Shown in pieces: positions 37,173-50,350 of a stretch of 64,000 nucleotides of DNA. The stretch's first letter is position 1; each line of letters begins with the position of its first letter. The DNA comes from Eledone cirrhosa (Eukaryota): assembly GCA_964016885.1 (NCBI GenBank), contig OZ024740.1, positions 371,008,001 to 371,072,000 on the forward strand, read 5' to 3'. The translations under genes were made by a program, and so were the position numbers. The notes below the pieces were generated by a model, which worked only from the letters and a program-made list of their open reading frames with translations, did not search any database and had not been told where the DNA came from.

Positions 37173-37314
37173 TATATAAAGAGTCTTCAAATATGTCCTT
37201 CTTAATTATTTTTAATTAACTGACAAGTTGAATAAAAGATAAACAAGCTTATAAAATATTAAAGACAAACTAAAGAAATTTGTTTCCTTTTTTCCTACTT
37301 TGAACACCATAGAC

Positions 37315-37962
37315 CAGAGATTTTCCAAACTGTGTTTCAACACTTTAGTGCCTAGCCAATAATCTCTAGTTATGTCATGAAATTATGTCAATTTTTGTCA
37401 AATATTTGGCTGTCGTGTTTATTACTCAGATCAAACAACTTATGATACAATTAGACACATGACATGTGATAGTTTCATCATCATTTCATTTTACGTCCGC
37501 TTTTCCCTGCTTGCAAGGGTGGGGTGGGAACTGATTCTGGCTTGATTTCTACAGTTAGATGCCCTTCCTAACACCAACCTCATTTACAGTGAGTGCTGGG
37601 TGCTTTTTTGCCGTGGTGCCTACACGTCCACTTTACAGTGTGAGCTGGGTGCTTTTTTGCTGTGGCACTTCCACGACCACTTTGCAGTGGAATGATATGG
37701 ACCCCAGTCCCTATCATCTCATTTCTACAGCTGAGTAAACTGGAGCAATGTGAAATAAAGGGTCTTGCTCAAGGAAACAACACATCATCCGGTCTGAGAA
37801 TTGAACTCACAACCTTTCGATTGCAAGGCCAATGCTCTAACCACTAAGCCATGTGCCTCCAGTTTATATATTTATTTATTAGTTTCATGTCGAAACTTAA
37901 CGTATCATGAGAAATTCTATTTTTAAAAAGTATGTCACTCGTGTGAAAAGTTTGGAAAGCTG
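37315..37962. mobile_element. Buster-like hAT MITE interrupted by a SINE
   Basis: Ends CAGAGATTTTCCAAACT and AGTTTGGAAAGCTG; flanks CCATAGAC and TTATAGAC (central TA). Confidence 0.6.
37475..37861 (-). repeat. full-length tRNA-head SINE with CORE-like middle and RTE-type tail
   Basis: Minus strand reads GGAGGCACATGGCTTAGTGGTTAGAGC...GTGAGTTCAATTC...CCTTGAGCAAGAC...TAGGAAGGGCATC...GACGTAAAATGAAATGATGATGA. Confidence 0.88.
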
Positions 37963-38127
37963 TTATAGACAAACAGCCTTATTTTTACAGTGGAAGTGGG
38001 TTTCATGGAATTGATTATATGACAAAGATGTCTTCCTCAAGAGAATCCCGAATATGTGAAGTTAAGTGAAATGGCAACAACTGGGACTTGAAATCAGATT
38101 AGAATTACTTGCTTTAACTTGCCTAAA

Positions 38128-38466
38128 TCATCATCATTTCATTTTACGTCCGCTTTTTCCCTGCTTGCAAGGGTGGGACGGGAACTGATTCTGGCTTGAT
38201 TTCTACAGCTGGATGCCCTTCCTAACACCAACCTCATTTACAGTGAGTGCTGGGTGCTTTTTTGCCGTGGCACCTGCACGACCACTTTGCAGTGGAATGA
38301 TATGGATCCCAGTCTCTATCATCTCATTTCTACAGCTGAGTAAACTGGAGCAATGTGAAATAAAGTGTCTTGCTCAAGGAAACAACACATCACCCGGTCT
38401 TTGAATTGAACTCACAACCTTTCGATTGCAAGGCCAATGCTCTAACCACTAAGCCATGTGCCTCCA
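38128..38466 (-). repeat. second, near-identical copy of the 37475-37861 SINE
   Basis: Collinear and highly similar, lacking one internal ~36-bp subrepeat. Confidence 0.88.
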
Positions 38467-39284
38467 TATTTATCTCTATTATCGGCACAAGGTCAAAAAT
38501 TTAGGGATGAGGTACAGTTGGTACCATCAACACCACTAATACTTCATTTTATCAATCCTGGAAGGGTGAAAGTTGAGTTCAGCAGGAAGGCCTTACCAAT
38601 GCTTTAATGCATTAATCCAAAATAATGCTTAATAATGGAAGGCAAAGTCAACATCAAAAGGATTTTAACTTGAAACATAAAGGGACATAACTAAATAACA
38701 CAAGATATTTTGTTTGTAGCCTTACTAATTTTGCCACAAATAGCAGTAATAACAAGAACAAATAAAATAACAGACAGGCTGATCTGATAGAATGAGAACA
38801 TTTAGAAATCATAAGATAGGTTTTTCAAAACTTAAATACTTTTGAAAAATGAGAATATAAATAAATATTTATAAAAAAGGGGAAAGGCCAAAATACTCCA
38901 ATTAATACTTTTATAACTATATTGAATTCAGGAATCCCTCTTCTAAAATAATTCTTGGCAGTTAAACACACATTTCACAGACTGGAAAAAAAGGCAGTAG
39001 CATATACTTAATTTACATAGAGTAGACAGAAAGGGGGGAAAAACAATATTTATAAACATAACCTTGTTTAAAAGAGGAAAGAGCATAAACAGCAGTATTA
39101 GAATGTTGACTGGTGCAAGGCTTTTGGTTATAAGAAGGCTATAAATAGATTAGTCAGAATTTGAATAGTTAGGGTTTTATCTTTCCTTCACTCTCTTAAT
39201 ACTAAACCAAGAGTTTATATTTATCTAATGTTTCCATCATAATTTCATCTAAGAACCTTTGTTATATTCCAAACACTAGCTTAA

Positions 39285-39492
39285 CCCTTTAGCATTTAGA
39301 TTACTCTTTATTTACTATTGTATTTTTACGGTAAACACTTTATTTCACATAATATCAAATCTATGAGATTTTGATATTATTTATTTTAAGAATATTACCT
39401 TAACATAAGTATGAACAGCCAGTTATGGCCAGTTTAAACAGAAAGTGGTAAGAGAATTCTGGCCAGAAAGGGTCAGTTTAAATGCTAAAGGG
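39285..39492. mobile_element. piggyBac-type MITE (208 bp)
   Basis: TTAA|CCCTTTAGCATTTA ... TAAATGCTAAAGGG|TTAA, with perfect 14-bp TIRs. It is inserted at a TTAA inside another repeat family also seen at ~42860, 56700, 62170 and 63380. Confidence 0.92.
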
Positions 39493-42400
39493 TTAATAAA
39501 AGAATGTAATCATTGTCTGTGTGGAAGGAAGGAGTCTTAGGTCTACTTTATCAACACCAGTATGTTACTGGTAATTCTGATTTATTTATTTTATTTTATT
39601 AGACCTCAGAGGGACAAAAAGTAAAGATGATCCCAATAGGATTTAAACTAAGAATATAGAGATACAAAACTAAACAAAGTAAACCCTATTCAAGCCTACA
39701 CACTAATTTCACCCAATCTCATCAACAATCCCAAGTAATTAAGTGAATAATGATTTGCTACTTAAACTTCAGCATGCTGTCAGCAACAAAAAAGTAATCT
39801 GCCCTTAAAACATAATGCAGTCTCAAGGGAAGCAATTTATTAAAACATTCAATGGTCTAAAAGTTAAGCATGAAGGCAGTTTTCCTTTTCTTTTTCCTCC
39901 AGGGGAGTAAAGATATAGAATAGTTAAATGATTTGACTATATTTAGAAATTTCTTATACGTGTAATGGTACATACTTTTATAAGACTTTGAATTGGTAAG
40001 AAGCAAAGCCAACTCTCTCTGGTATTGAAAATAAACAAATATAGATGATGATGATTGATCAGCCAAATACACTGTCAATTTTGATGAGTATTTGGTTGTC
40101 CAATCAACTGTAATGCCTACTCATTAAATTAATGTTAAAGTGGGTGAGTATTCCACAAACACTCTCAGATGAATCAGTGCGAGACAATATGTGACAAAGC
40201 TGGTCCTTTGAAGAATAGGTATAGTTCCTTCAATGAGTTTTTAGACTGCTTTCGTCTGCCCAATTTCACTCACAAGCCTTGGGTTGGCCTGAGGCTATAG
40301 CAGCAAAGACTTGCCAATATGCATGTTTATATGTATTCTCTCTCTCTAATATATTATGATACGTATAGATGTACAATCAAGTACCCTTAAACAATTTACA
40401 AGAGTACACACATGCTTCTGGTCAGTTTCGTATCAGGTTGATGGTTCTTCTTGGCCCCGCCGCAGTACAGTCGGATGATGGGGATGTCATATTGGTGGCG
40501 AGCCGACATGTCGTGGGTCACTGTTGGTCTGGAACCTTCCCTCTCGGCTCTTTGCATGACAATGCCTTGTGATTGCTGGCTTAGGATGACCCTGGCCTCG
40601 TCAAGCTTGAAGAAGACACATGCGTGTCTCATAACCATTGGGTCAGACACCACCTGAATATTTCAGTTTCATGCAGTGTATCAAGAGCAACCAAGCTTGG
40701 CAGAGCCTAGGCTTTCTCACTACACTATATTCACCAAAAGACTTCAAAACAACTCAGAATGTTGACGAAACATGCAGTAATTTCAGTGCTGCCACTGCTT
40801 ACTGCAATAAGTAAAAGCATCACAGTAGCTGTCTACAGGAAGGTGAACTCAGACATAAAATGGATACAGCATGACAATGGTATATGAACAGCAGGCTCTT
40901 CAGTTAATTAGCCAACACTAATGACTATGCTATTTTTTCACCACTTAGGAGAGGGCAATATATATGACATTTTTTTTTTTTTCAGAGTCTCCAAAACTGG
41001 TAGAAGGAAGACAGTTACCCTCAAATTGGTGACATGGCTCAAGTGATTGCAAATACTGGAACTCTGCTAAAAGCACCTGAAGAAGTGGTGATGTTAAACC
41101 AGGTGACAGATTAAGTCTACCACCAAAGAATTCTGAACACAAAGAGCCAAAACAAATATTGCAAACATCTTGTCTGAAGCTCTAACATTCCTGTCAATCC
41201 CATCATAGACAATTACTTTATTTTATTGAACTTGAAAGAATGAAAGACAAAAGTGAACTTGGTATATTTAACCTGACAAAGATGTCAGAACAGTGCTCAC
41301 ATCATTGATGATGATACATATTTCAAGCTTGTATGTAAAAACTTTCTTTTCTTCCCCACTTCCAGCCCTTTCCCTCTTTCAAAGAAATCTTAATTTAAAG
41401 ATAAGAAATAACAATAAAGTTAATGAAACATTGTTTTTATTATTTTTTGATTAGTTGATTTTTTTTTTTTCAAATTTACCATCATTGGAGAAGCACTGTA
41501 TTAAATAGCTTTACAATAATACATGAGCCAATGAGGGAAGCCTCTGTGCAGTCACTCGATCTGCTAGAAACAGCAGTCAAATCTTCAGATCACACCCTAC
41601 CATCTTGAAAACAAAACAAAAGGGGAAGGTTGTATTGGTTAATGTAGTTTTGGGCATACAAAAAATAATAGTGGACGGTCAAGGCTAGAATGCCTTTGAT
41701 CACGGTTAACCTGGAACTAAATGGCACCAACACACACATAGTAAACGTTTATTTACATATACCTTATACCACTGAACAGAGAAGAAACTATACAACACAA
41801 AAATGTCTCAAACATTTAATAGGTCACCACTACTTTTGCTGTGTGTGAAGAGGCTGGCAAAAGTTTGGCTCTCTCTCTCTTGAAGATACACATAGAAATT
41901 ATTGGTAGAAAGAAAAAATAATAAACCATTGCAACTGATTTATGACGCCCATCCCAACAGGACCATATCACCACTCTACTCTGTCTAAAGAAAATATATA
42001 CCAAAGTAGAGCAATGATATATATATATATAATGGCAGTCTGACAAGGACCACTACAGTTGAAATTTTCAAATCTTTTCCTTGTGAAATGAAATCTATAC
42101 TCTAATTATATGCATAGCGTGTTCATTCAGTTAATGTTTGAATACTCTTAAGTCTGATTATACATACCCCACCCCACACAGGGCTCATAACTACAGGTGA
42201 CTTGGGTATTCTAAGCTGGCAAAGTCCATCACATTCCAGGGCAGAAATGCAACTAATTTCCTCTAGTGAGAGAGAGACAGGAAGAATCAACTTCAGTACT
42301 GGAACTTTCTTTATTGACTTCGAAAGGGTAAATGACAAAGTTGGCTCCAATAGGATTTGAACTCAGAGCACAATGAGCCAAAACAAATACTGAGACATTT

Positions 42401-44206
42401 TTAATCCAATGCCCTCACAACACTGCCAATTCATTGCTGCCCCAACACATACATACTTGAAAGCTAGTGATAGCAAGCTGACATGCATTGATAAGGTACT
42501 TTCCATTTAGCCATGAATGAGTTGGGATGTGTGTGTGTGTGATCTGCATTATGTGTGTGTTTGTATTATATACTTCATCTACTAATATAGTGCCAGATGG
42601 TATTAAGAACACCTGATCAAGCCACTGACCATTTTGTACAGAAACATGCACCAGTATGGCAATAGAGTATTACAGTTACGCCTAGCACACATCTCATGAC
42701 TACATCTTCCACCCAACACCTTTTTCATGTATTTGGCAAGCATCAGTATAAATTCTCACTTTTTATTTATTAATTCTTTTGACTGTAAGAAGTCTGAAAC
42801 TGCCGAAGGTTCTTTGATACAAAGCTGCTTTATTTTTAAATGTTTACATTTATCTCTAAACCTTCCATCATAATTTTATGCAAGAACCTTTAAGATGTGT
42901 TCCAAACATAAGCTAAATAATGAGAAAGTTATATTACTAAATCACTCAAAATTCTTGATTATTTTCCAAATTATTTGAAAATTATAGGCAGTGTCTTCAT
43001 TAGAAATATGGTAAAGAACAGATTAATACTTCCTCTTTTTCTTCTTTTATTATCACCTTTCTATCTATTGAAATGTAGTTGCTGAAATGTGTCAGAGAAT
43101 TAGAAGACTTTTTACCGTAAAAAATTTTAAGGAAGAAAAAAAAATTGTATGTAGGTGTATGCATAGGCATGAGTTTATATATATATGTGTGTGTGTGTGT
43201 GTGTTATACACAGTGCATTAGTACAACTAATCTTATATGAACAAAGGAATCCATTACTCCTTATTAATTTCACAGGAAGGGGTGATATGTGGCTTTCATC
43301 CCATTCCCAAAAGTATTAGCAAAGTAAGTAAAACAGTTGCAACTAGAAAGAAATCTGGATGATACAACAGATTTAAATTGTCAAGAGCTTACTACATAAA
43401 ATTTGACACTTGGCATACATAGACACAGACACACATACAGGTTAAGGTTTACAAATGAGAAAATGTACTCAGTATATGTAGAGTTTATTTTGTCCCCTCT
43501 CAGTCACTCTAACACACACAACCAAAGAAGCCCAAATTAGTGAAGGAGTGAATCAGCTTTGAAAAATATATATATCCACGAGCCAGTAATCCACAAACTA
43601 TAGAGTTTCTCTTATGGAAACCATTAATTTATCATAATACAAATTTGCCAGCTTGTATGAGTGTTCATAAATCTGGTAATCCTGGTATATATCAATTCTG
43701 GTCTTCAAAAATTAAAACTGTTAACACTATTACTGTCATTTTTGATGGCATGTCCACTAGTGTGTATATACATGTGTGTGCACACACACACACACACATA
43801 CAATCAGGTATAACACCAATTTTCTGGCAATTCATGGTCCAGCACCTCTTTTTATCCAGATATAATAATCATGGGTGAACAGACTAGGTAATTCATGTTA
43901 GCATGTAGCATTAGATTTGATTTTAAAGCTTTCTATCTTCATATTATTATAGTTGACAGATAGGGAGAATGTTTTCCAACTTCATAATATATTTCTTGTG
44001 AATTATTATATAGTCTAGTAAAAAAGATAATCTAGCATGGGTTTGGAACTATGAGTGCCAGCAAATTAATAATGTATTGTATATATATATATATTCATCA
44101 TCATTTAACATCCATTTCCCTGCTTATATATATACATATCTTTATCCATTTTCTCTGCTAATACATGTATATATATATAAGTATTTTCATAGAAAAGGTA
44201 CAGAGC

Positions 44207-44405
44207 TATTTAATTACATAATAAACAACAATATGATTATTCCATTACCAAAGGTTTCAAGAAACTAGACGATTCTTACAGAAACATCCAGCCCGTTCAT
44301 CAGATAAACATAATTATTTTATCTGATGAATGGGTTGGACGTCTAGTTTCTTGAAACCTTTGGTAATTGAATAATTATATTGTGTTGTTTATTATGTAAT
44401 TAAAT
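44207..44405. ncRNA. palindromic mini-element with a type I hammerhead motif on each strand
   Basis: Plus strand: CTGATGA (44323-44329)...GAAA CC TTT GGTA^ (44353-44365). Minus strand: CTGATGA (44303-44297)...GAAA (44258-44255) CC TTT GGTA^. Stem I is ATAATTATTTTAT/ATTGAATAATTAT. Confidence 0.75.
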
Positions 44406-45764
44406 AAAACATATATATATATACATATAGAAGACTCTGTAAAGTGGTTGGCATTAGGAAGGGCAGTCAGCCATAGAAACCAAACCAAAAACGTAATGTA
44501 TACGCAAGACGTGATGACCTGACTAGTCTAGTCTCAGAACATGACAACTTATTTAAACCATACAAGCATTGGAAAATAAACGTTAAATGATCATAATAAT
44601 ACACACGCACATATATACGTAATATGGGTAAAAGTTGAGGCAAAGAAAGTTATGCCAACAATTTCAAGCTCAATGTAATTCCACAATCGGCAAAATAAAT
44701 AAATAAATAAATAAAATATATAAATCTAATCGATTCATCACAGGGATAATCCATTCAGTATTAGGAATTAAACTTTGAGCACATAATAATAATAGATGGA
44801 AATTCAAGATGAAGAAATTTAGAAACCTAAGAATTTTTTTATTTATCTTACAATGTCTTAATTACTTCATCTTGGATTTCCAACCATCATTATATACATA
44901 CATATAGATACACACACACACACATATATATATGTAATTCATTTTGCCTCCCTTATGGCAAACATTTTGATATCCCAGGAGAGAGATTAGTTTAACTGAA
45001 ATAAATCCAAAAGGAAGCTTACAAAGACAGATTTTGTTGTTTTTGTTTACATTCATTATATCTAGGGTAAAAAAGTAACTGGATCTCTGTTTTGTTGACA
45101 AGTATTCTAGTCGGTTGTTCAACTGAGCTGTCTGCTAATTGTAGTCAAAGTGACTGAATATTCCACAGACACTTGTACCTTTAACATAACCTCCATTTGA
45201 ATAACAAGTTCAGACATTCTGATGGGCCTCCACACTTTCCATCTACCGAATTTGACACACAAAGCTCAATTCGATCAGAAGCTATGGTTCAACTCCAATA
45301 TATAACAAGTTTGATAGAATGATATACCTGTAAGATAGAAACACAGAGGGGAAATCCTTCTCCTCAGTTATATGTAGCACCTATTGACACTTTTGATTCA
45401 GAGTGTAGTGTGTGTTGTACTTGTCAATAACTTTTTTCTTCATTTTCTTTTATTTCTTATTTCTACATTTCACCATCATAGATCTCATACATTCAAATAG
45501 ATAAATAGGCAGATAGACAGAAAATGAGAGGGAAAATATATTTTTTGCAAAAACAATTCTATAAGTAGAAAATCAAAATTACAATAGGTATTTCAAGTGG
45601 GGACAAAAAAAAATCCCCCAGCTGACCGATTCCCAAGCCCTTAGTTTCCTCTTTTTTTTTATTTCCTCCAGTTGGTGTTGTTGTTGTGCCCCTGAAACTG
45701 ATGGTCATAAAGTAGGATAACAACAAATGAATTCCATGATGGATTTAGTTTATACACAATCAGC

Positions 45765-45871
45765 CAGTTGTTGTTGTTGTTGTTGTCGTCATCGTTCAGC
45801 AGGCTGCAACAGGTAACAACCATAAATGGCAACAAACAGTGCTGCAGTGACAGTAATGCCGATGTGATGGA

Positions 45872-45907
<36 letters not shown>

Positions 45908-45990
45908 AATGATAGTAGTAGTGATGGTGGTGGTGGTAGTAGTAGTATTGGTGATAGTAATGTTGATGTTTATTATAATGATAATAATGG
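45765..45990. repeat. compound triplet microsatellites immediately 3' of the ARL5 stop (probable 3' UTR)
   Basis: (GTT)n, (GAT)n, (GTA)n and (GTG)n runs. Confidence 0.85.
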
Positions 45991-46016
45991 GAAATGACAT
46001 CCTACAAACACAACTA

Positions 46017-46065
46017 TCATCTTCGCCAAAGTTGGTTTCCGAGCCATTCAAGGGCTTGGTACAAC
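46017..46065 (-). CDS. ARL5: ARL5 last coding exon (GLYQALEWLGNQLWRR*)
   Basis: Acceptor ttctttatcttgtag; 49 nt to TGA; phase matches the preceding exon. Confidence 0.93.
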
Positions 46066-46549
46066 CTACAAGATAAAGAAGATAAATATTCAATTTAAAA
46101 AATAAAAAAAAACAGTTTGTGAAAAAAAGTGGAAAATACAGATTAAAAACAGCAATGAGTGTGCCATAAAATAATTCTAATTTAAACACAGGGGGAGGGG
46201 AAAATTCATTACATCAACACCAGTACAGGACTGGTACTTTATTTTATCAACCCCAGAGTTGACTTTAGCAGCATTTGAATTGAGAATATAAGCTGGAACA
46301 AATACTGCAATGGCATTAAATCGAACCCAGTGTGTTACTTGTTCTTTATTTTATAGAGGCAGAGTTAACCTTGGCAGGATTTGAAATCAGATCATAAAAG
46401 GCCATAACTCTAAACTGCAAAGCATGTTGCCCGATATTGCCAATCCACCAGTATTTGTACAATGGAATGTGTGTAATATGTCTTTAGAAAAGCAACTTCT
46501 TCAAACCTGATCTACTGCACTTACGTTCACCATTTATCATCACTCAGCA

Positions 46550-47310
46550 TCATTTTATGTCTGTTTTACCATACTTGCATGGGTTATCTGGGTTTTCTCT
46601 AGTGTTTCTCTCAGTACTTGGCTACTTGTCTGTTGTTATTTCTTTTTTGAGGTTCCTGAGATCACCTTTCACAGCTTCTTCCCATATCTACCATGGTCTT
46701 CCTCTTCTACAGGTTCTTTTCATTTGGATTGCTCAGCACTTCTTTACCCAACTGTCATCATTGACATGCATCACATGTCTGTACCAGCTCAGTCTTCTCA
46801 TTTGAACATTCCTAAGTTTTTCTCTCAGTTCGTTTGTATTCCATCATACATTCTAGTAGAGTGTACTTAGCTAAGTTTTTTTCTCAGCCTTTGCACATCC
46901 TCTACATTCAGCAACCATGTATTATAACCATGAAGCATCACACTTCATACACATGAATCATAACATTTAATCTTCACTCAGAGAGATTCCCTTTGTTGCT
47001 AGCTGAGGTAATAGTACCCTGAGCTTTTCCACTGCTTTTATTCTGGCTACTATGCTTTCAGAGCACTTTCCCCTCCACTGCTGATTAAATCTAATAAGCA
47101 ACAGAAGCTATCAATTACTTCTGAGGAGCCTTCCAAGCACTGGAAAGAATTTATGTTACTGCTAACTACTGCTGCACATCTGTCATATGCAATGCCTGTC
47201 ACATGCAATTCTCTGTTAGCCTGCCTGTAATCCCATTAAACCTCTTGTGCACCCATAGTTTATATTGGGTACACCATATAGAGTTTCTAACTCCACCATT
47301 TCTGCATGTA
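46550..47310 (-). mobile_element. old, degenerate RTE LINE fragment in the last ARL5 intron
   Basis: Reverse complement aligns with the PHD-containing RTE (NSIWCTQYKLWVHKR, WYRHVMH, RRGRPW). Confidence 0.75.
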
Positions 47311-47491
47311 CTCAGACACCACACACAACTCCACACAAGGTGATGCCATACATGGCCTCACCCAAACATATTTACACCATACCCCACCATTCATACAGCA
47401 TTTTATAAACATTACAAAATCAACATCATAAGGGCTAAATATAGCATTTGGTGGAAGGTATTAATTTTTTTGTGTGGAATGATATACTTAC

Positions 47492-47643
47492 CCTTCACCT
47501 GTAAGGGCACAGCAGGCTTGAATATGCCATACATGGTCCTTTATTGAGGTCAAGTTGAGTTGTTGGGAGATCTCAGCAGCAGACATGGAGCCCTTGATAT
47601 CTTGCTTGTTAGCCAGAATCAACATGGCAGATTTACGCAAATC
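47492..47643 (-). CDS. ARL5: ARL5 exon ([51 protein letters not shown])
   Basis: G4 motif ANKQD and G5 motif CAL; tag|GAT ... GG|gtaagt; 152 nt. Confidence 0.97.
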
Positions 47644-47889
47644 CTAATGAGAAAAAGATGAAAGAGGGACATATATGAATAAATTGTTCACTTCACAATC
47701 ATGTGCTTTCAGATTTGGTCCCACAGACTTGGACTGGCCATGAAATTTAAGAGATAGAAACTGTGAGGAAGCCTGTCATGAGTCTGTATGTGTTATCACC
47801 ATTTAAGATCTATATATATAAAAATCTATTTTCTGAAGAGAAGAGTAGCACTACTTTTGAACTTTCAGAAAATTAAACTTATACTCTAC

Positions 47890-48143
47890 TTACATGTATG
47901 GATGAAATGGTAAAAAAATCATTATGTAATGGAGTTGTGAAACAAAATCTATACTCTAAATGACACTTTTAAACATCAAAATATTAAAACTTCATAAATA
48001 TATTCTCCACTCATGAGAATTTCAAAAGTATGCCATCTAAACATGTGTTGATTAGTTGCCTCAGCTTATAAATGGAGCTTGGAATTTTTCCTATTTCTCA
48101 GATATAAAATAGGGGGCCAGCTTATATTTGAGTATATACGGTA
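47890..48143. mobile_element. partial inverted copy of the pogo-like MITE
   Basis: TIR GCTTATATTTGAGTATATACGGTA; interior is reverse-complementary to 4290-4500. Confidence 0.65.
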
Positions 48144-48250
48144 AGTGCTTTTAAAATGTTGTCTTACCATTCTGAATCGTTTTTTAACACAAACCCAAAG
48201 TTCTATAATTGAACTTTCTATATAGAGCTTTATGCCTTTTGAAAACTTAC

Positions 48251-48334
48251 CTCATGAGCCATCATTGTATAAAGTTCTTGTTTGGTAATTGATAAACGTT
48301 CTCGATCACAGCTGTCCACAACAAGAATCACAAA
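48251..48334 (-). CDS. ARL5: ARL5 exon ([28 protein letters not shown])
   Basis: ttctttgtag|TTT ... GAG|gtaagt; 84 nt. Confidence 0.97.
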
Positions 48335-50318
48335 CTACAAAGAAAAGAAAAAATAATAATTCAGATATGTTTTTAACAAAACAAACCACAATATATATAA
48401 TGAATCAATATAATGTTCTCTAATTTATTAAGTTGTTAAGGCACTATCGAAAACTTCATTTACATTCAATGATTCATAGGTAATTGAGACATTTATATAT
48501 TGTTGCAACATGTATTTTTACAGGAAGATGCCCTCAACAGTGAAATATGAGTGGAATTTATAATTGGTTAAGCTGTTTGAGGTATGCAGGGTTATAAACT
48601 TTGTCTACACACGCACACATACACAAAATATAATGGTTCTGGAGTGAATGGGCCTTGCATTGGTTTTGACAAAGCTTTCATCAACGTAACTCTCTACACA
48701 TTTGTATTGTGGTATAAGTGACTAAGAATTACACAGTTACTTGTAGCATGAATGTAACCTTCAAATAAATTCAACATGATACTGTGTGCAAAACAATTAG
48801 GCTTTCAAACTACAAATAGAGACCATCTGACAAGCTTCTATACAGTTTCCAACTACCCAATTCCACTCACAGAGCCTAGATCAATCAAAGGCTATGGTAC
48901 AAGTGAGATTGAACCCAAAACTTTGTGATTGAGAAGTCAATAGCTTAACCACTCAGCCATATGCTCATTGTAGCTCTGTAGTAAAGTTTATTTTATTCAC
49001 ACAGTTAATGTTCCCTACTCAATAATTAAAAATGTAAAATTAAATAAAAAATAAATTATATATACTGTAAAGAGTATAAGAGTCAGTTTATATGGTGGAT
49101 TACAGTTTATATGGTGGATTATATGGTGTAATTTTATGTGTGTAGGAGTTTACCTTGGATAGGTAGGTAACATGGTAAAAACCTCCCAGTCCACACTGTA
49201 AATGTGGTTGGTGTTAGGAAGGGCATCCAGCCGTAGAAAACCTGCCAGACAGTCCTATACGAGCAAGACACGGTCACCCGACCAATCTTGCCTCAAGTGG
49301 GACAATTCTTGTCTAAACCCATACTAGCGTGGAAGATAGACGTTAAACAATGATGATGATGAGGTTGAGCGGGCTCCGAACTGTGAATCCACAGTATCAA
49401 TGATTACAGACCTCCAAGTATGGTGACCACAGACATCCAACACAGAGATTGTCAGTCAGTTATGATTACAACAGTAAACACTGTATATACAAAGACCAAA
49501 TATGAATTCAGGATCCGACATCATCGTATGTTTTCAACTGGAGGGGCTCTGATGCAACAGCATCACAAATAAGCTCGCCTTGAGAGTAGCAGTGTGCAAA
49601 ACTCCATTATTAACATGATTACTGAAGTTGAAAGCACTGTAGATGTTTTATTTCAAGTCTTTAAGCAACATTTGACTCTCATTGCCACAATAAATTTTTT
49701 TTTAAATATAAAAGATACCCTCACTTTAAATTTTAATGGCTAGCAATTTCTTTCACTCTTTAATTTTTTGTAACCATTGACTGCAGTCATGAAGAGGCTT
49801 TTAAGGGTTAAATTAGTTATATCAACCCCAGCACTTTATCTGGTACTTATTTCATTGATCTCATAAGAGATGAAAAGTAAAGGGTCGAAATTCAGACGGA
49901 ATACCACAAGGTATTTTTGTTCAGTATATTGATATTTCTTTTCTTTTTGCTCATACCCCACTAATACACACACATATTATAGATACCCATACACAAACAG
50001 AATTTCACACTGTTCCCAACTACCAAGACTATGGATAAAAACACCTCACCAAAGTGTCATATGGTAGGACTCAACCCAGAATCACATAGTTACAAAGCAA
50101 AAAACAGCCAAACAGAAAATAGAAAGGACATAGAAACAACTCTAAAAAAGTTCTGGTAATTCAGGGAATGGCATGGCTGTGTAGTTTCAAGTTTGATCCC
50201 AATGTGTGGCCCCTTTGGCAAATGTCTTTTACTTAGCCTTGGGCTGACCAATGGCTTATGAATAAACTTTGGTAGACTGAAACCGTGCAGAAACCTGTCA
50301 CACATACACACATATGTA

Positions 50319-50349
<31 letters not shown>

Positions 50350-50350
<1 letters not shown>

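Noticed and set aside
37780-37861. tRNA gene (also 38390-38466 and the GAGTTCAAATCCC motifs)
   Set aside because: tRNA-like A/B boxes run into SINE bodies and tails; these are SINE heads, not clean cloverleafs.
45659-46189. 176-aa and 102-aa ORFs with poly-I/T/M/V
   Set aside because: Triplet microsatellites in the ARL5 3' region; the real coding part is the 49-nt exon in another frame.
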